From an uncultured Candidatus Saccharibacteria bacterium (GTDB taxonomy: Bacteria > Patescibacteriota > Minisyncoccia > UBA6257 > GWB1-50-10), in the NCBI GenBank assembly GCA_964365955.1, contig CAYISA010000006.1, positions 1-46,990 of the forward strand: a stretch of DNA of 46,990 nt, read 5' to 3'. The notes under the pieces are model-generated. The model had not been told where the DNA came from. It did not search any database and worked only from the letters and a program-made list of their open reading frames with translations. The first letter of the stretch is position 1. Every line of letters starts with the position of its first letter. This document shows, piece after piece, positions 43,630-46,990 of this stretch. The translations under genes and the position numbers were made by a program.

Positions 43630-44247
43630 TCAATCTAACCGAAGCCGGGCACAACGCTCGAGAAAATCAAGTGCCATCCGAAATGCAATTCCCCGATGCG
43701 AAATGAGATTTTCTTCTTCCACGGACATTTCCGCTAAAACTCTAGCTCCGTTCGCAGGAAGAAAAATTCCACTATAGGGCATCTTGGGTTGAGGTGGAAC
43801 TCGCTCTTCTTCTAAAATCCATCCCTCAAGAGAACCCTCGAAAAAGTGGGTGGATCCGTCCGGCGCGAACACAACTACAGCTGTCTCAAAAGTTGCGCGC
43901 CGATCGACAATTCCTTTCAGCTTCTCCAAAGTGAAAAGTGTAATATCATGCGTTTCCGCATTCTCCCCTGCCCAACGTGCAGAGTGTACTCCGGGGGCGC
44001 CGCCTAATGCCGGGATAAAAAGCCCGGTATCATCCGCTATCACCCAAGAACGCATATCACCTTTAATATGATCGCGTGCATACGTGGCTTTTTTCAATGC
44101 ATTTGCAAAAAGCGTGGCCCCGTTCTCTACTGCCCCTCCTTCTATCCCCGCTTCGGTAAGGGTGAGAATCTCAACTGGGAGCGCTTCAAAAATCCCCCGA
44201 ATCTGTTCCGCTTTACTCGGGTTCCGCGTCGCCAAGATAATGCTCAT
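43630..44247 (-). CDS. rdgB: non-canonical purine NTP pyrophosphatase (RdgB/HAM1)
   Basis: 205 aa. ...ILATRNPSKAEQI..., ...DDTGLFIPALGGAPGVHSARW..., ...ISHRGIAF... Confidence 0.88.
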   Translation of the reverse strand: MSIILATRNPSKAEQIRGIFEALPVEILTLTEAGIEGGAVENGATLFANALKKATYARDHIKGDMRSWVIADDTGLFIPALGGAPGVHSARWAGENAETHDITLFTLEKLKGIVDRRATFETAVVVFAPDGSTHFFEGSLEGWILEEERVPPQPKMPYSGIFLPANGARVLAEMSVEEENLISHRGIAFRMALDFLERCARLRLD

Positions 44248-44312
44248 TCTCCGAACTCCTCTCTTTTATTTATGCAAAAATGAACTGGCTAGACTATACT
44301 CGTCCTTCTGCT

Positions 44313-44776
44313 TTATGTCCACGTCACTCTTCCTTCCCGGACATGTTTATATTCATGCGCGATAAGACCCACCATCACCGCGTCAAAAACAGTAGCGACC
44401 CCCAACAGAATGGACGGATGGGGAAAAAAGACGATAACTCTGGACAGTAATGAACAGAAGAAAGACCGCGATGGAAACGGGATACGCCCAGACCTTCTTT
44501 TTCAACAATCCCCACGCCAAAAATAGTTTCAAGGCTCCATGCGTGATAAAAAATAGGACGATCCAGAACCGCGCTTCAGAAAAAACGGTGCTAACGCCCC
44601 GCATGAAAAAATTCGCAAGGAAATCTTTCGGATCTTCGAATAATTCTCCTTCCACCATGGCGGAAAAAAACCGCTGAGTAACGCGGGTGGTGCGACATAC
44701 AATACCAGACTAAAAAGAAATTCCAGGATCCCGTCGATGGCTTTGACGACCACGGCGATTTTAAAAACCTGTGCAT
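44313..44776 (-). pseudogene. DUF2127-like membrane protein gene interrupted by three single-nt frameshifts
   Basis: Track ORFs 44529-44753 and 44383-44658, plus hand-read flanks, join into one ~153-aa protein (MHRFFKIAVVVKAIDGILEF...EDPKDFLANFF...HGALKLFLAWGLLKKKVWAYP...YRLFSHPSILLGVATVFDAVMVGLIAHEY...). This requires only +1/+1/-1 nt corrections at homopolymers: T5 at 44763-44767, T7 near 44669-44675, and T6C4 near 44421-44430. Confidence 0.6.
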
Positions 44777-44820
44777 GTTGTTATTATGCACCTCAAAACT
44801 GAAATGGATTCCCGCTTTCG

Positions 44821-44860
44821 TATAAACAAAACCACCCCTTGATTTCTCGCGGGGTGGTTT
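44821..44860 (-). terminator. intrinsic terminator of the cold-shock gene
   Basis: AAACCACCCC / GGGGTGGTTT stem with a 12-nt loop, then TGTTTATA on the minus strand. Confidence 0.65.
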
Positions 44861-44876
44861 CAGACGCTGGCGTAAA

Positions 44877-45077
44877 TTACGCGCGCGATACGTTCGTGGC
44901 ACTCGGGCCCTTTTCGCTATTCACGACTTCAAAGGTGACGGCATCGCCTTCCTTGAGTTCGTCAAATGTCACTCCTTTCAGTTCCTTGGAGTGAAAGAAA
45001 AGATCCTTCGGTTCGCCTTCACGAGCAATGAATCCAAATCCTCTTGCTGTGACGAGCGTTTTAATTGTTCCGTTCAT
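44877..45077 (-). CDS. cspA: cold-shock protein (CspA family)
   Basis: 66 aa. RNP-1-like RGFGFI and the DLFFH motif. Confidence 0.92.
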   Translation of the reverse strand: MNGTIKTLVTARGFGFIAREGEPKDLFFHSKELKGVTFDELKEGDAVTFEVVNSEKGPSATNVSRA

Positions 45078-45140
45078 TTGTTGTTATTTATTTGCCTAGA
45101 AACCCGACCTCGTCTCTGGGTTGATTAGTAGTATCTGTCA

Positions 45141-45169
45141 ATCATATCAAAGAAGGAACCTTTTGTCAA
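45141..45169 (-). promoter_or_regulatory. sigma70-type promoter for the cold-shock gene
   Basis: The minus strand reads TTGACA (45169-45164), 17 nt, TATGAT (45146-45141). This gives a 5' UTR of about 55 nt. Confidence 0.6.
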
Positions 45170-45402
45170 ACGTTCATAATGTCTCACCACCCTGGAAACA
45201 CCCATGGCTTCTAGGGGTGTTTTTCAACCTAGGCGTTTCTGGGATCTGGTATTGAGCGCGCATTCGACAGATGCGAGTTCCTATTCTGATTCCCGCAAAA
45301 GCGACGGCGAAGCCGTCGCGGAGCGAAGCCCAGCCCCGCCATTGGCGGGGCTGGGCGAGGGAACAGTCTCATCTTCAAAAAGTGAGTTCGTATCTAGTTT
45401 TG

Positions 45403-45477
45403 TGGCTCCGGCGCCTGGATTCGAACCAGGGACCATCTCCTTAACAGGGAGCCGCTCTACCGCTGAGCTACGCCGGA
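45403..45477 (-). tRNA. trnN: tRNA-Asn (anticodon GTT), CCA encoded
   Basis: Hand-folded. Acceptor TCCGGCG/CGCCGGA, D arm GCTC-AGCGGTA-GAGC, anticodon loop CTGTTAA, T arm CCTGG-TTCGAAT-CCAGG, discriminator G, then CCA. Confidence 0.9.
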
Positions 45478-45520
45478 ATATTTAATGGGCTGACGGTGCT
45501 AATGGGTATACTACCAAACC

Positions 45521-45550
45521 AAAAACCGCCCCACAAGAGGAGCGGTTTTT
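45521..45550 (-). terminator. intrinsic terminator after the GH18 gene
   Basis: AAAAACCGC / GCGGTTTTT stem with a 12-nt loop and a T-rich tail on the minus strand. Confidence 0.55.
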
Positions 45551-45560
45551 GGATTCATTT

Positions 45561-46990
45561 TTATGGAACCAATGAAAGCCAGTTTTCAGCAGACCATCCG
45601 TCCACGCCCGTATTGTAGTTGATGTGCCACCAAATATACCCATCCGCCGCAATCGGTCCTCCCATCACAGAACCCAACACTCCTGCCGCTTGCGTACCGA
45701 GTAAAGTTCCTAAACTTGTGGGAGCTCCACGGACATTCAGACTTGCAGTCGTTCGTACGTTGCCACCAATCGCAAAGAGTGTACTCACCGGAGGCGGCAT
45801 TACGTCGCTTGCCGCGGCACCAACGGCTTTCAATAAGTAATCGCGTGGCTTCGTAAACGTCGGCATATAGGTTTTGTTCACATACGCCGTTCCCAATTCA
45901 TAGAGCGCCACAGAACTAAACCCACGGCTTCTTAAGAAATGGATAAAGTCCGCGGCGGTCTGTTCGTCCCAATAGGTCACGGTTTGCTTTCCATTCGCAT
46001 CCGTCCACGCAAAATATTTTGCGTTTGCCACGGAGTCCACTACAAGCGGCTTAGTGGAATAATCGCGCAACACTTGCCCTAACGTCATCGGAAGATAGGT
46101 CTGATTTGCGACACCGATATACGACTGACAGGGACCGTCCGTTCCTGTATATCGTTCAAAATAGGTGGCCATATACATGGAAAGTTTCGATCGTGGGACT
46201 CCCAACTGCGCCCAACCGTTTACCGTCACATAGGCCTGTTCCCCATTCGACGTTGCGTCCATATAAGTATGAGCATCAAACGGCGTGCAGGCGGGATGAT
46301 AGAGAGCGTTCGGAACATCAGTGGACCCGTTCCCGACACCTACAACCTTTGGGATACTTTCCGAGATGAAGAAATCAACATAAGGGCTGGTCGCGAGCGG
46401 GTCTACGCCGCGCTGTGCCGTATTGTACTGTGCCAAGTCCACGGTGATTGTAAGCACGCCGCGCGGTACCATCGTATCGAGTGCTGTCCGGAGTTTTGAG
46501 AGAAAAATGGTGAAGTTATCGCGATCCGCCGCACCCGGGTACTCCCAATTGATATCCACTCCGTCATACCCTTTTACTTTCAGATAATTTACGACCGCGT
46601 TCACAAACGTATCGGTACGCACCGGATCGGCAATAATCCATCCGAGCGCATGCGCGGTACCGAAAAACGCCACATCCGCAATCCCCAGCAACGTTTTTTT
46701 GCCATAGAGATGAGACTCGTCAATCAATCCGCGCTGAACACTTTGCACCACTTGTCCTGTTTTCGGATTGATGTAGGCATTTCCCTCATCGCTCGCCCTA
46801 GGAATAAAATAGGGAGAGGTGGAAGTAGGAATCATCGAAAATTGAATCGCGTGCGTCACAATTGAGAAATCAACATCCTGCGGCGTATACCCAAGACCCA
46901 CGTCCCATGTGGGATAGTAAGCAAGCACGGAAAAGGTACTCGTGCTCACCGGAGGCGGTGGTGGTGTTCCTTGTGTCGTCGCGCTCACAC
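45561..46990 (-). CDS. GH18 (chitinase-like) domain protein with a C-terminal SH3b domain; 5' end outside the window
   Basis: At least 475 aa. ...KGYDGVDINWEYP... matches the GH18 DxxDxDxE box with Asn at the third Asp position. The C-terminal ...LNVRGAPTSLGTLLGTQAAG...DGYIWWHINYNTGVDGWSAENWL is SH3b-like. Confidence 0.7.
   Translation of the reverse strand, partial: VSATTQGTPPPPPVSTSTFSVLAYYPTWDVGLGYTPQDVDFSIVTHAIQFSMIPTSTSPYFIPRASDEGNAYINPKTGQVVQSVQRGLIDESHLYGKKTLLGIADVAFFGTAHALGWIIADPVRTDTFVNAVVNYLKVKGYDGVDINWEYPGAADRDNFTIFLSKLRTALDTMVPRGVLTITVDLAQYNTAQRGVDPLATSPYVDFFISESIPKVVGVGNGSTDVPNALYHPACTPFDAHTYMDATSNGEQAYVTVNGWAQLGVPRSKLSMYMATYFERYTGTDGPCQSYIGVANQTYLPMTLGQVLRDYSTKPLVVDSVANAKYFAWTDANGKQTVTYWDEQTAADFIHFLRSRGFSSVALYELGTAYVNKTYMPTFTKPRDYLLKAVGAAASDVMPPPVSTLFAIGGNVRTTASLNVRGAPTSLGTLLGTQAAGVLGSVMGGPIAADGYIWWHINYNTGVDGWSAENWLSLVP

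Noticed and set aside
44591-44902. 103-aa minus-strand ORF spanning the csp terminator and the DUF2127-like region.
   Set aside because: It starts inside the csp 3' end and crosses a strong terminator. It is one of the alternative frames of the frameshifted DUF2127-like gene, not an independent gene.
45204-45485. 93-aa plus-strand ORF.
   Set aside because: It runs antisense through tRNA-Asn and through GC hairpins. The translation is low complexity (PAPPLAGLGEG...). It is not coding.
1-46990. CRISPR arrays, transposases or integrases, rRNA genes, and alternative genetic code (UGA recoding).
   Set aside because: I saw no regularly spaced direct repeats and no DDE, tyrosine or serine recombinase motifs in any frame. 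There are no rRNA-like stretches. TGA terminates otherwise well-delimited ORFs (for example 25241-25465) and conserved proteins are uninterrupted, so the standard bacterial code fits.

Overview
This 47 kb window appears to come from a streamlined, moderate-GC bacterial genome. Its content fits a Patescibacteria/CPR (Parcubacteria-like) organism: trimmed housekeeping proteins, small membrane proteins resembling DUF5652 and DUF5671, a PEGA-domain protein, and a pyruvoyl arginine decarboxylase. This lineage call is an inference. The standard genetic code fits, because TGA, TAA and TAG all terminate good ORFs.

About 50 protein genes are present and nearly all lie on the minus strand. They form long, tightly packed co-directional arrays.
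- Core content on the minus strand, left to right in window coordinates: rseP, frr, holB and mreB; the ribosomal block rpsI, rplM, rplQ, rpoA, rpsD, rpsK, rpsM, rpmJ (hand-found, absent from the ORF track) and infA; secF and secD; tgt.
- All three excinuclease genes (uvrC, uvrA, uvrB) lie within about 10 kb.
- Also present: a MacAB-like HlyD / ABC ATPase / FtsX-permease trio, pdaD, an FKBP isomerase, obg, rdgB, a cold-shock protein, tRNA-Asn(GTT), and a 5'-truncated GH18+SH3b protein at the right edge.

The most interesting region is a six-gene, apparently single-promoter operon at 9592-16861. It encodes a sigma70-region-4 + tandem HARE-HTH protein, two membrane proteins, an orphan VirD4/TraD-like P-loop ATPase with no membrane anchor of its own, a degenerate actin-fold protein, and a large bitopic surface protein. 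It sits directly upstream of the infA-ribosomal operon. No other recognisable type IV secretion, relaxase or pilus genes occur anywhere in the window.

Other points worth a second look:
- rpoA has no alpha C-terminal domain.
- UvrA lacks its insertion domain, and UvrC lacks its helix-hairpin-helix tail.
- A heavily structured, roughly 200 nt non-coding stretch follows rpsI.
- A 22-nt motif is shared between the uvrA leader and the uvrB terminator.
- Two convergent small hydrophobic ORFs lie between uvrC and uvrA.
- Several apparently leaderless genes have a -10 box 5-10 nt from the ATG.
- Four isolated, visibly AT-richer plus-strand orphan genes are present, two of them Cys-rich zinc ribbons.
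- A DUF2127-like gene is broken by three homopolymer frameshifts.
- Tandem GC hairpins lie 3' of the tRNA.

No CRISPR array, rRNA, transposase or integrase was seen.
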